This document shows, in pieces, positions 1 through 6,614 of a stretch of DNA of 31,906 bases (its first letter is position 1; each line of letters starts with the position of its first letter). The stretch covers positions 1 through 31,906 of the IMG/VR virus record IMGVR_UViG_3300048082_000027. The stretch is one strand, 5' to 3'. The notes beneath the pieces were generated by a model that worked only from the letters and a program-made list of their open reading frames with translations, was not told the origin of the DNA and searched no databases. The stretch comes from a virus (taxonomy: Duplodnaviria; Caudoviricetes). Position numbers and translations under genes: made by a program.

Positions 1-1044
1 TTACTCCTTTTCACTCCCAATACTAAATAAATCTGTAATACCTTGTCTACTCTCCTTGTATAGGTGTCCATATCGGTTAATAGTCATTTTGATATCTGTA
101 TGTCCGACCAACCGACTTATTAAAAAGATATCTACGCCTTTATCGATTAACATTGAAACATACGAATGACGTAAATCGTGGAATGTAAACTTCCGTATAT
201 CAGCTTTATTTATGTAACGATATAACATTAAACGGTAACCAGTAATGGAATTGTACAAAGAACATCTATAATTTTCTTTTGTGGGGAACTCTAGCCAATT
301 AGGAATTGGAACTATCCGTTTAGAGTTTGGTGTTTTAAACTTATTGGATGATATTAACCTTTCTGTGATTCTTGTTTCCGATAAATGTAGTTCATTATCT
401 ATTACATCGCTATTTTTCAATCCCATCGCTTCACTGAAACGAAGTCCCGTGTAAAACAAAGTAGTTAGCAATAACTTAAACTCTTCATTATCTACCACCG
501 TCAAAAACTCTTTAAATTCTTTTTCGGTCAAAATAGTTATTTCTTTTTTTCTGTATTTTGTTTTATCTATGTACTTAAATGGATTATCTGCTTTTAGTTT
601 CTTTTTCACGCACCACCAAAAAAACGTACACAGGTCAGCTTCTAATTTATTTTTACTCTGGTCATTTAGTCCTGTTATTCCATTTTGCCATAAAGATACA
701 TCACTGTCAGTGATATTGTCTAATTTAACTTTATAAAATAAGCTATACTTTTTATAATTACTTTTCTTTAGCAACAAAGTATTGAAAGATAATTCTTGAT
801 TTTGTACTTTATTTGTCACCTCTTTTATATATAATTCGTAGGCTTCTTCAAAAGTCAGTGTTCTGTCTGATAGTTGCTTATAATTCAACCTTAATTCTGA
901 TACTTTAGCTCTTCCATCTTTTATAGATTTGGATGTAACGGTTTTTCTAATTCTTTTACCATTTAGATCATAACCAAGATTTACATCAAACTCATAACGT
1001 TTTTCACCATTTTTTAATGTTTTAGTTTTGTATTCTTTTGCCAT
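1..1044 (-). CDS. int: Tyrosine recombinase / phage integrase
   Basis: TGLRFSE (catalytic R), FHDLRHS (HxxR), LVGH and RYGHL (catalytic Y); N-terminal arm-binding-like domain; SD-like AAAGGGG upstream. Confidence 0.96.
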   Translation of the reverse strand: MAKEYKTKTLKNGEKRYEFDVNLGYDLNGKRIRKTVTSKSIKDGRAKVSELRLNYKQLSDRTLTFEEAYELYIKEVTNKVQNQELSFNTLLLKKSNYKKYSLFYKVKLDNITDSDVSLWQNGITGLNDQSKNKLEADLCTFFWWCVKKKLKADNPFKYIDKTKYRKKEITILTEKEFKEFLTVVDNEEFKLLLTTLFYTGLRFSEAMGLKNSDVIDNELHLSETRITERLISSNKFKTPNSKRIVPIPNWLEFPTKENYRCSLYNSITGYRLMLYRYINKADIRKFTFHDLRHSYVSMLIDKGVDIFLISRLVGHTDIKMTINRYGHLYKESRQGITDLFSIGSEKE

Positions 1045-1048
1045 ACCC

Positions 1049-1077
1049 TTGCCCCTTTTCTTTAAAATTGATATAAT
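1049..1077 (+). promoter_or_regulatory. Sigma-A promoter antisense to the cI-int transcript
   Basis: TTGCCC (1049-1054), 17-nt spacer, TATAAT (1072-1077) with extended -10 TG at 1069-1070; overlaps the integrase RBS. Confidence 0.75.
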
Positions 1078-1083
1078 AGGAGC

Positions 1084-1187
1084 ATAGTAAAAAAAGACTT
1101 AGCGTTAATATTTACTATGTTCCAAAATGATATTTGCCGATATCATTTACAACACTCCATTTGCCGATGGGGTGTTTTTTTATTTTT
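1084..1187 (+). ncRNA. Putative ~100-nt antisense sRNA with three hairpins, two with UUGCCG loops, ending in an intrinsic terminator
   Basis: Stems: GGAGCATAGTAAA/TTTACTATGTTCC (1079-1123); AAATGATAT-TTGCCG-ATATCATTT (1125-1148); AACACTCCAT-TTGCCG-ATGGGGTGTT (1151-1176) followed by a T-tract. Both mismatches are G-U wobbles on the + strand. Start site estimated from the -10. Confidence 0.7.
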
Positions 1188-1495
1188 TATTTTACTTTCC
1201 AATTAGAACCACAATTCTGACATACAGCAACCGTTTTGTACAAAGTTTTGTTAAATACGGTAGTTTTGCTACTCCCTACTTTGTTTTTTCTTCTAAAAAA
1301 CAACGATAGACCACCTGTCATCCCTATCTTAATAAGTTCAAAAATAAATTTCAAAGGAAATAATGACAATCTTATAATTATGTTTTGTCTCCTTTTTATT
1401 TTATAAGAGGTTTTGTTTCTCCCAATTGTAGCACTTGCCTCTCTTTCAAATGTGATGTTGCTACTTCCACAGTTTGCACAATGTATTTTATTCAT
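1187..1495 (-). CDS. Zn-ribbon (two CxxC) membrane-associated protein in the lysogeny module
   Basis: CANC near the N terminus and CQNC near the C terminus flank a hydrophobic segment. ATG at 1495 follows SD-like AGAGGGGTGG and is preferred over 1516. Confidence 0.75.
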   Translation of the reverse strand: MNKIHCANCGSSNITFEREASATIGRNKTSYKIKRRQNIIIRLSLFPLKFIFELIKIGMTGGLSLFFRRKNKVGSSKTTVFNKTLYKTVAVCQNCGSNWKVK

Positions 1496-1556
1496 TTTCC
1501 ACCCCTCTTTCTCCATACTTTTCTTTTTTATATAAACACTATATAAGTGTGTTTAC

Positions 1557-1994
1557 CTATTTATTTTCTTTTGGGTAAAGTTTAACTAGTTCTGTTAATC
1601 TATCATTAGCTAACTGTTTACCTTTATCATCACAATCAAGATAATTTTCCAGTAAATTATACGTATTTTCATCAAACCAACCTTTCACATCGTCAAGTGT
1701 TTTACGTTGCATATTTACTTTTTGTTGAGGTGTGGCGGAAGAATAAAATTCTTTTAACATTTCTTCTTTCCCTTTTTTATCCTCTACCAAATCAGATTTT
1801 TCTATTCCGAAATAATTAGCTAACAATTCTATTTTATCTATTCTTGGGTACTTCTTGGCATTGATCCATTCTGTAAAAGTTGAGTATTTTAAATCTAAAG
1901 CAGAACATACATCATTTCTAGTTTTATTTTGTTCGCGCATATATCTTTTTATGTTGTTAGCCATTATTTGTTTGTTACCTAAATTATTACTCAT
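1557..1994 (-). CDS. CI-like XRE/HTH repressor, no recognisable S24 peptidase domain
   Basis: HTH segment ...STFTEWINAKKYPRIDKIELLANYFGI; divergent from the cro-like gene; SD GAGGTGA. Confidence 0.9.
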   Translation of the reverse strand: MSNNLGNKQIMANNIKRYMREQNKTRNDVCSALDLKYSTFTEWINAKKYPRIDKIELLANYFGIEKSDLVEDKKGKEEMLKEFYSSATPQQKVNMQRKTLDDVKGWFDENTYNLLENYLDCDDKGKQLANDRLTELVKLYPKENK

Positions 1995-2015
1995 TTCTAA
2001 ATCACCTCTAAATAT

Positions 2016-2044
2016 ATAATATATTAAAAGTGTAAAAAAATCAA
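2016..2044 (-). promoter_or_regulatory. Leftward (repressor) promoter
   Basis: Minus strand TTGATT, 17 nt, TATTAT upstream of the repressor. Confidence 0.6.
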
Positions 2045-2094
2045 TGATATTTTAATTAATTACACTAAAAGCGTTGACATGACGCTTAAAGTGT
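2021..2094. promoter_or_regulatory. Operator cluster: 13-bp imperfect palindromes ACRCT-N3-AGYGT
   Basis: ACACTAAAAGCGT (2062-2074), ACGCTTAAAGTGT (2082-2094) and degenerate ATATTAAAAGTGT (2021-2033) overlap the two divergent promoters. Confidence 0.8.
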
Positions 2095-2102
2095 TATATC
2101 AT
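2074..2102 (+). promoter_or_regulatory. Rightward early lytic promoter
   Basis: TTGACA (2074-2079), 17 nt, TATCAT (2097-2102), with operators on both sides of the -35. Confidence 0.82.
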
Positions 2103-2125
2103 TGGGTTGCAAGGAGGTGATGAAT

Positions 2126-2353
2126 TTGGAAATGTACACTCTAAAAACAGCCAGGAATAAAAATGGTTTTAGTCAGCTAGAGGCTTCAAAACTAATAGGT
2201 ATAAGTAAGTATACACTATCAAACTATGAATGTGGTAAATCATTCCCTGATGTTCCGATTTTAAAAAAGATAGAAAAGGTGTACGGGGTGACGTATGAGC
2301 AACTTATTTTTTTAAACAACAATAACGCTAAAAGCGTAAAAGCTAATGGATAG
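2126..2353 (+). CDS. Cro/Mor-like HTH regulator
   Basis: XRE HTH (SQLEASKLIGISKYTLSNYECGKSFPD). SD AGGAGGTGA favours TTG 2126 or ATG 2132 over 2102. Confidence 0.88.
   Translation: MEMYTLKTARNKNGFSQLEASKLIGISKYTLSNYECGKSFPDVPILKKIEKVYGVTYEQLIFLNNNNAKSVKANG
2325..2337. promoter_or_regulatory. Distal operator inside the 3' end of cro
   Basis: ACGCTAAAAGCGT, with perfectly symmetric half-sites of the same 13-bp motif. Confidence 0.72.
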
Positions 2354-2397
2354 CACATGCACGGCAATGCGAATAACCACAGGAAGGGGTAAATAAA

Positions 2398-2580
2398 GTG
2401 TTAACGGCTAAAGACATACAAAAAATATTAAAAGTTGGAAATGATAAATCGTATGAGATTATTAATAAATTAAAGCGAAATAATAAACTCGAATATGACG
2501 AGGTTAGGATACCGAAAAGAATTATTAAAGAACACTATCATTTGAGTGATGAAGAAATCGAAGAAGCATTACAAAAATAA
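2398..2580 (+). CDS. Excisionase-like small HTH protein
   Basis: MLTAKDIQKILKVGNDKSYEIINKL resembles the Xis/HTH_17 pattern; position after cro. Confidence 0.65.
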   Translation: MLTAKDIQKILKVGNDKSYEIINKLKRNNKLEYDEVRIPKRIIKEHYHLSDEEIEEALQK

Positions 2581-2595
2581 ACAAAGGAGAAGAAC

Positions 2596-3273
2596 ATGAA
2601 CGAAATCAATATTGTAATAGAAAATAATCAAGTATTGGTTACTAGCAAAGAAGTGGCAAGAGATTTTAATAAGGAGCATAAACACGTTTTAAGAGATATT
2701 GATAGCTTTAAAAAAGATGTGTCCAATTTTGGACTGATGTTTCAAGAAACAAAATTACCTGATTCTTACGGCAGGAATCAAAGAGTGTACCTCATGAACC
2801 GAGATGGCTTTAGTTTACTGGCAATGGGGTTTACAGGAAAAGATGCATTAGAGTGGAAAGTTAAATATATTAATAAATTTAATGAATTGGAAAAGTTACA
2901 AGCGAATACGAATCTTGGTTATATCGTGCAACTACAATCTAACGTGCTAGAAATGCGTAAGGAAATACGCCAATTACAAAAAAAAGCAGATGTAAATAAA
3001 GAACTGCCTGTTGCACAAGAAGCTTTAGAATCAAGATTATATACAACTGAAGAAATTGCATCAGAAATGAATATTTCTTCCGCAAGAGCATTAAATAACA
3101 TCCTACGAGAAGCGGGGGTCCAGTATATGCAGAAAAAACACTGGAAATTATACGCTAAATATAAAAACAAAGGGCTTAAAGATATGTCTTCGTTGGCTCG
3201 CTCTCAAATGTGGACCGCTAAAGGTAAGCAGTTTGTACAAGAGCTATTAGAAGAGATGTACAGAAGTGAGTAA
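2596..3273 (+). CDS. Rha-family regulator fused to a KilA-C/ANT-like antirepressor domain
   Basis: N-terminal TSKEVARDFNKEHKHVLRDI...MNRDGFSLLAMGFTGKDALEWK (Rha); C-terminal YTTEEIA...LNNILREAGVQY...WTAKGKQF (KilA-C-like). Confidence 0.88.
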   Translation: MNEINIVIENNQVLVTSKEVARDFNKEHKHVLRDIDSFKKDVSNFGLMFQETKLPDSYGRNQRVYLMNRDGFSLLAMGFTGKDALEWKVKYINKFNELEKLQANTNLGYIVQLQSNVLEMRKEIRQLQKKADVNKELPVAQEALESRLYTTEEIASEMNISSARALNNILREAGVQYMQKKHWKLYAKYKNKGLKDMSSLARSQMWTAKGKQFVQELLEEMYRSE

Positions 3274-3278
3274 TATCT

Positions 3279-3440
3279 ATGCCAGAGAATAAAGAGTTAC
3301 TTGAATACACAGCGATGGTCATTAAGGTATTTATGGATTTAGAGTTAATTAATGAGGAAACCACGGTAAAGGAATTAGCATTAGTTATTGATGAGTCTTG
3401 GTTAATCGCAGATGCTAACCAAAAGGTAATTAAAAATTAA
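3279..3440 (+). CDS. Hypothetical protein, 53 aa (not in the ORF track)
   Basis: Hand-translated MPENKELLEY...QKVIKN; fills the operon gap; weak SD. Confidence 0.55.
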   Translation: MPENKELLEYTAMVIKVFMDLELINEETTVKELALVIDESWLIADANQKVIKN

Positions 3441-3456
3441 GAAAGGGATAATACAT

Positions 3457-3615
3457 ATGGAAAATAAAACAACAATTGATGTTTTAATTCAAATTCTTAC
3501 AAAGCGTATCAACGACTCTTTGGGAGATGCAAGTTATTTGCCGGTTAATACAGCAGAATTGGTAAATGCCCTAGCGAATTTGATAGAGGCTAGAGCCGAA
3601 ATTGAAAGAGGTTAA
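3457..3615 (+). CDS. Hypothetical protein, 52 aa (not in the ORF track)
   Basis: MENKTTIDVLIQ...EIERG; SD AAAGGGA. Confidence 0.7.
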   Translation: MENKTTIDVLIQILTKRINDSLGDASYLPVNTAELVNALANLIEARAEIERG

Positions 3616-3638
3616 TCATTAAAGAAAGGAGAAACCGC

Positions 3639-3716
3639 ATGCCAGCATTAATAGTAACAGTAGTCGCATTAGTAGTATCAATAGCAAACTTAACATGTTG
3701 TTTGTTTAGAGATTAA
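3639..3716 (+). CDS. 25-aa single-TM peptide (not in the ORF track)
   Basis: MPALIVTVVALVVSIANLTCCLFRD; strong SD AAAGGAG. Confidence 0.65.
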   Translation: MPALIVTVVALVVSIANLTCCLFRD

Positions 3717-3732
3717 AAGGAGGAGAAACAAA

Positions 3733-4020
3733 ATGAAATACACATTAGAGGATTTTAAAAACAATAAAATTGCAGTATGGGTAAGAAATGAAGTAGAGTA
3801 TGGTCAGTTTTGTATTTTTGCAAGAGGTATGGAGTGGCAGGACGGGGAGCTTGTACATGAGTACACACCAATTTTCCCTTGTGAGATAGCTGTCGGTTTT
3901 AGGCATTACGATAATTGCACGATGACGTTTGACGATATAAAAGGATTTCATTCCCAAGGAAGTCCATTTATATATAAACCAGTAACGGTAGATGAATTAA
4001 AAATAAGCAGTGGAAAATAA
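3733..4020 (+). CDS. Phage hypothetical protein
   Basis: Strong SD AGGAGG; 95-aa ORF. Confidence 0.75.
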   Translation: MKYTLEDFKNNKIAVWVRNEVEYGQFCIFARGMEWQDGELVHEYTPIFPCEIAVGFRHYDNCTMTFDDIKGFHSQGSPFIYKPVTVDELKISSGK

Positions 4021-4064
4021 AAAAAAATCACCTACGGCAATAGGTGACTAAGAGAAAATAAATC
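4019..4064 (-). ncRNA. Putative ~45-nt OOP-like antisense sRNA with a UUGCCG-loop terminator hairpin
   Basis: TCACCTA-CGGCAA-TAGGTGA (4028-4047) preceded by A9 (4019-4027) forms a hairpin plus U-tract on the minus strand, directly downstream of a consensus minus-strand promoter. Confidence 0.72.
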
Positions 4065-4070
4065 AATTAA

Positions 4071-4099
4071 ATTATACATCACAAAAAAGGAGATGTCAA
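4071..4099 (-). promoter_or_regulatory. Perfect-consensus sigma-A antisense promoter
   Basis: Minus strand TTGACA (4099-4094), 17 nt, TATAAT (4076-4071). Confidence 0.82.
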
Positions 4100-4101
4100 A
4101 A

Positions 4102-4299
4102 ATGACAGATTTTGAAAAACAACAGGAGTATATAAAATATCTAATCAAGGTCCACGAAGCTAGTCTAGAAATTGCTACCTCTGTAGCAGATAAAGCACAT
4201 CATTCCAGAAGAATAATTGCACTTAGAGAACAGTTAGAAAATAATCAATTGTACGTTAGAGCGTACGAGAAAGACTTAAAAGGAGCGCACGGAAAATGA
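4102..4299 (+). CDS. Hypothetical protein
   Basis: SD AAGGAG spacing favours ATG 4102 over 4093. Confidence 0.7.
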   Translation: MTDFEKQQEYIKYLIKVHEASLEIATSVADKAHHSRRIIALREQLENNQLYVRAYEKDLKGAHGK

Positions 4300-4469
4300 A
4301 AAAGCTAATTAAACAATGGCGCTATGAAATTGTAATGGTATTATTCGTACTCTTATTAATGTCTACCATAAGAGGTTGGGTAGCAGCAAAGGCATATGAA
4401 ACTAATTACCGTATGTGTCAGTCAAACGTTGAGGAGATTAGAGAGCTTTATAATAATAAAAATAATTAG
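4296..4469 (+). CDS. 57-aa protein with an N-terminal TM helix (not in the ORF track)
   Basis: MKKLIKQWRYEIVMVLFVLLLMSTIRGW...; ATGA overlap with the upstream gene. Confidence 0.7.
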   Translation: MKKLIKQWRYEIVMVLFVLLLMSTIRGWVAAKAYETNYRMCQSNVEEIRELYNNKNN

Positions 4470-4485
4470 AAAAGGAGAATCTAAA

Positions 4486-4752
4486 ATGAAAATGTTTAGA
4501 AAAGAAGATTTACGACCTGACTATTTAATATTGATGTCAGACGGGGATTTATATAGAGTAGTGTATACCAGATGCGAGGGTAGGATTGGTGTTAGCCAGT
4601 ACGGCACATTTGAGATAAACCTTCTTGACGATAACTTACGGTTGGACGATGGTAACGAAGTGTTGGAAATCTTTGGCAAAGTTCAAGGAAACAGAGCCTA
4701 TAAAAGGGCGACATTCAACAGGGAACTTTTATGGGAAAGAGAGGACACGTGA
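4486..4752 (+). CDS. Hypothetical protein, paralogue of the next gene
   Basis: SD AAAGGAG before ATG 4486; MFRKEDL...RELLWERE. Confidence 0.75.
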   Translation: MKMFRKEDLRPDYLILMSDGDLYRVVYTRCEGRIGVSQYGTFEINLLDDNLRLDDGNEVLEIFGKVQGNRAYKRATFNRELLWEREDT

Positions 4753-5144
4753 TGTTTAAAAAAGAAGATATTAAAGTTGATTATTTATTAGAGATAAGAA
4801 GAGGGATAGATAAGTTTTTAGTCAGGGTGTGCTATGACATTTACGATGATTTAGGGGTTGAGAATCACCACTTTGGGTTTGATATTTCATCTCTTGATGA
4901 TGTACTAACGTATGGAGCTTGCGTAGTGACCAAAATTTATGGGCGGGCTGTTCGCATTCATTCTCATAAATTATCAACAATAGGAAGGGAACTTCTATGG
5001 GAACGCCAAGAACCTAAAAAAATGGTTGCAGGCGAAATTTTGGAAAAGTTAGGGTTTACCCCAGAAAATTTCAAAACCAAGGCAATGACAGTTGAAGAAA
5101 TATGTCAAGAGTTAGGTTGTGAGGTGGTGATAGTAGATGAATAG
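4752..5144 (+). CDS. Hypothetical protein, paralogue of the previous gene
   Basis: MFKKEDI...RELLWERQE plus a C-terminal extension; start overlaps the upstream stop. Confidence 0.75.
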   Translation: MFKKEDIKVDYLLEIRRGIDKFLVRVCYDIYDDLGVENHHFGFDISSLDDVLTYGACVVTKIYGRAVRIHSHKLSTIGRELLWERQEPKKMVAGEILEKLGFTPENFKTKAMTVEEICQELGCEVVIVDE

Positions 5145-5448
5145 TTACGACCAACAAAGGGAAGTTGAAACAGAAACAGAATCCTTGAAAAGGTATGATG
5201 ACACAGTTTTGTATTACGAAAATCGAATAGAAAATTGTGATAATGCTATCAATGCTCTATCAATAGCTAGAGCGCACGTTGCTTTGGCGATTGACGAAAC
5301 ATATGGGATATTAGAATTAGTCAAAATGATTGAAAGTCTAAAAGAACAATTAGCAGAAATCGAAGGTCACATGCGAACATACAGAGAAATGAAAAATTAT
5401 TTTGTTGAAGCATATAAGTATCTGACAGAAAGGAGTGATGACTTATAG
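5137..5448 (+). CDS. Helical/coiled-coil hypothetical protein
   Basis: SD GAGGTG; overlaps both neighbours. Confidence 0.7.
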   Translation: MNSYDQQREVETETESLKRYDDTVLYYENRIENCDNAINALSIARAHVALAIDETYGILELVKMIESLKEQLAEIEGHMRTYREMKNYFVEAYKYLTERSDDL

Positions 5449-6104
5449 GACTACCAATATTAGTTTTAGGCGAAAGCGGAAGTGGGAAGACCGCTTCATT
5501 AAGAAATTTTAAGCAAGATGAAGTTATCATACTAAATGTTGCTAACAAGAGATTACCATTTAAAAAACAACTAAACACTGTTAATTTAAGGCAATGTTCA
5601 TACTCGGAGCGATACACAACAATCAAGCAAGCCATTGCTAAAAATCAAGACAAATACAAGGTGTTTGTAATTGATGACAGCCAATATCTAATGGCGTTTG
5701 AAATGTTTGACAGAGCCAAAGAAACAGGGTTCGGAAAGTTTACAGATATTGCACAAGAGTTTAAACAGTTGTTGGATTTTGTACAGGTATCAACAAAGGA
5801 TGACGTGATTGTGTACTTAATGCATCATGTTGATGTTACAGAAACTGGAAAAGTCAAAGCTAAAACAAGCGGTAAGATGATTGATAGTCAATTAACTTTA
5901 GAGGGTCTGTTCTCCATTGCATTAATGACACATTCGTATGATGGGAATTACAAGTTTCTTACAAAAACGAATGGATTTAATCCCGTAAAAACACCATTAG
6001 AAATGTTCGAGGAAACTGAAATCGATAACGATTTAAAACATGTTACAGAAGTAGTTAGGGAATATTACGATTTAGGAATTAAGGGAACTAGCAAGGAGGG
6101 ATAA
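5445..6104 (+). CDS. P-loop AAA ATPase (AAA_24 / Sak4-like recombination protein) with a probable ATA start
   Basis: The frame extends 72 codons upstream of the listed 5661 start to ATA-GGA-CTA-CCA, giving (M)GLPILVLGESGSGKT (Walker A); Walker B FVIDD; SD AAAGGAG. Confidence 0.82.
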   Translation: MGLPILVLGESGSGKTASLRNFKQDEVIILNVANKRLPFKKQLNTVNLRQCSYSERYTTIKQAIAKNQDKYKVFVIDDSQYLMAFEMFDRAKETGFGKFTDIAQEFKQLLDFVQVSTKDDVIVYLMHHVDVTETGKVKAKTSGKMIDSQLTLEGLFSIALMTHSYDGNYKFLTKTNGFNPVKTPLEMFEETEIDNDLKHVTEVVREYYDLGIKGTSKEG

Positions 6105-6105
6105 A

Positions 6106-6597
6106 ATGAATTTGTATCAAATTAATCAAGAAATCGAGTCATTGATTAATGAAGAAACTGGAGAAATTACAGACTTAGAAAAGTTACAGCAACTTAATAT
6201 TGACAAGGATGTAAAAATCGAGAACATAGCGCTATTTATTAAAAATTTGGAAGCTGAAACTATGGCGCTAGACTCTGAAATCAAGAATTTACAAGAACGT
6301 AAAAGTAGTAAAAATAAAAAGGTTGATTCATTGAAGAAATATTTATCTACATTTATGCAAAGTGAAAATAAAACTAAATTCGAAACTCCAAAAGTTAAAT
6401 TAGATTTTAGGAAGTCGACTGCTTTAAAAATTGAAGATGAAGAGGTGTTAATGTTGCATCTAGAAGCAAAAATTCCAGAATTATTAAAAACTAAAGTAAC
6501 AAAATCAGTTGACAAAAAAGGTTTGAAAGAGTTTTTAAAAACAGAAGAAATCAACGGATGTTACTTAGAAGAAAAACAAAACTTACAAATAAAATAA
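6106..6597 (+). CDS. Siphovirus Gp157-family protein
   Basis: MNLYQI...KIENIALFIKNL...LQERK...LKKYL...FRKS...DKKGLK...EKQNLQIK pattern. Confidence 0.85.
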   Translation: MNLYQINQEIESLINEETGEITDLEKLQQLNIDKDVKIENIALFIKNLEAETMALDSEIKNLQERKSSKNKKVDSLKKYLSTFMQSENKTKFETPKVKLDFRKSTALKIEDEEVLMLHLEAKIPELLKTKVTKSVDKKGLKEFLKTEEINGCYLEEKQNLQIK

Positions 6598-6614
6598 GAA
6601 AGAGAGATATAAAA

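Noticed and set aside
1-60. attL site
   Set aside because: The window starts at the integrase stop and the other prophage end is absent, so no att core can be identified.
1127-1309. 60-aa + strand ORF
   Set aside because: No SD, runs through a terminator and lies antisense to a better gene; the region is better explained as an sRNA.
4396-4485. N-terminal extension of ORF 4396-4752
   Set aside because: Overlaps the 4296-4469 gene; a strong SD and paralogue alignment point to ATG 4486.
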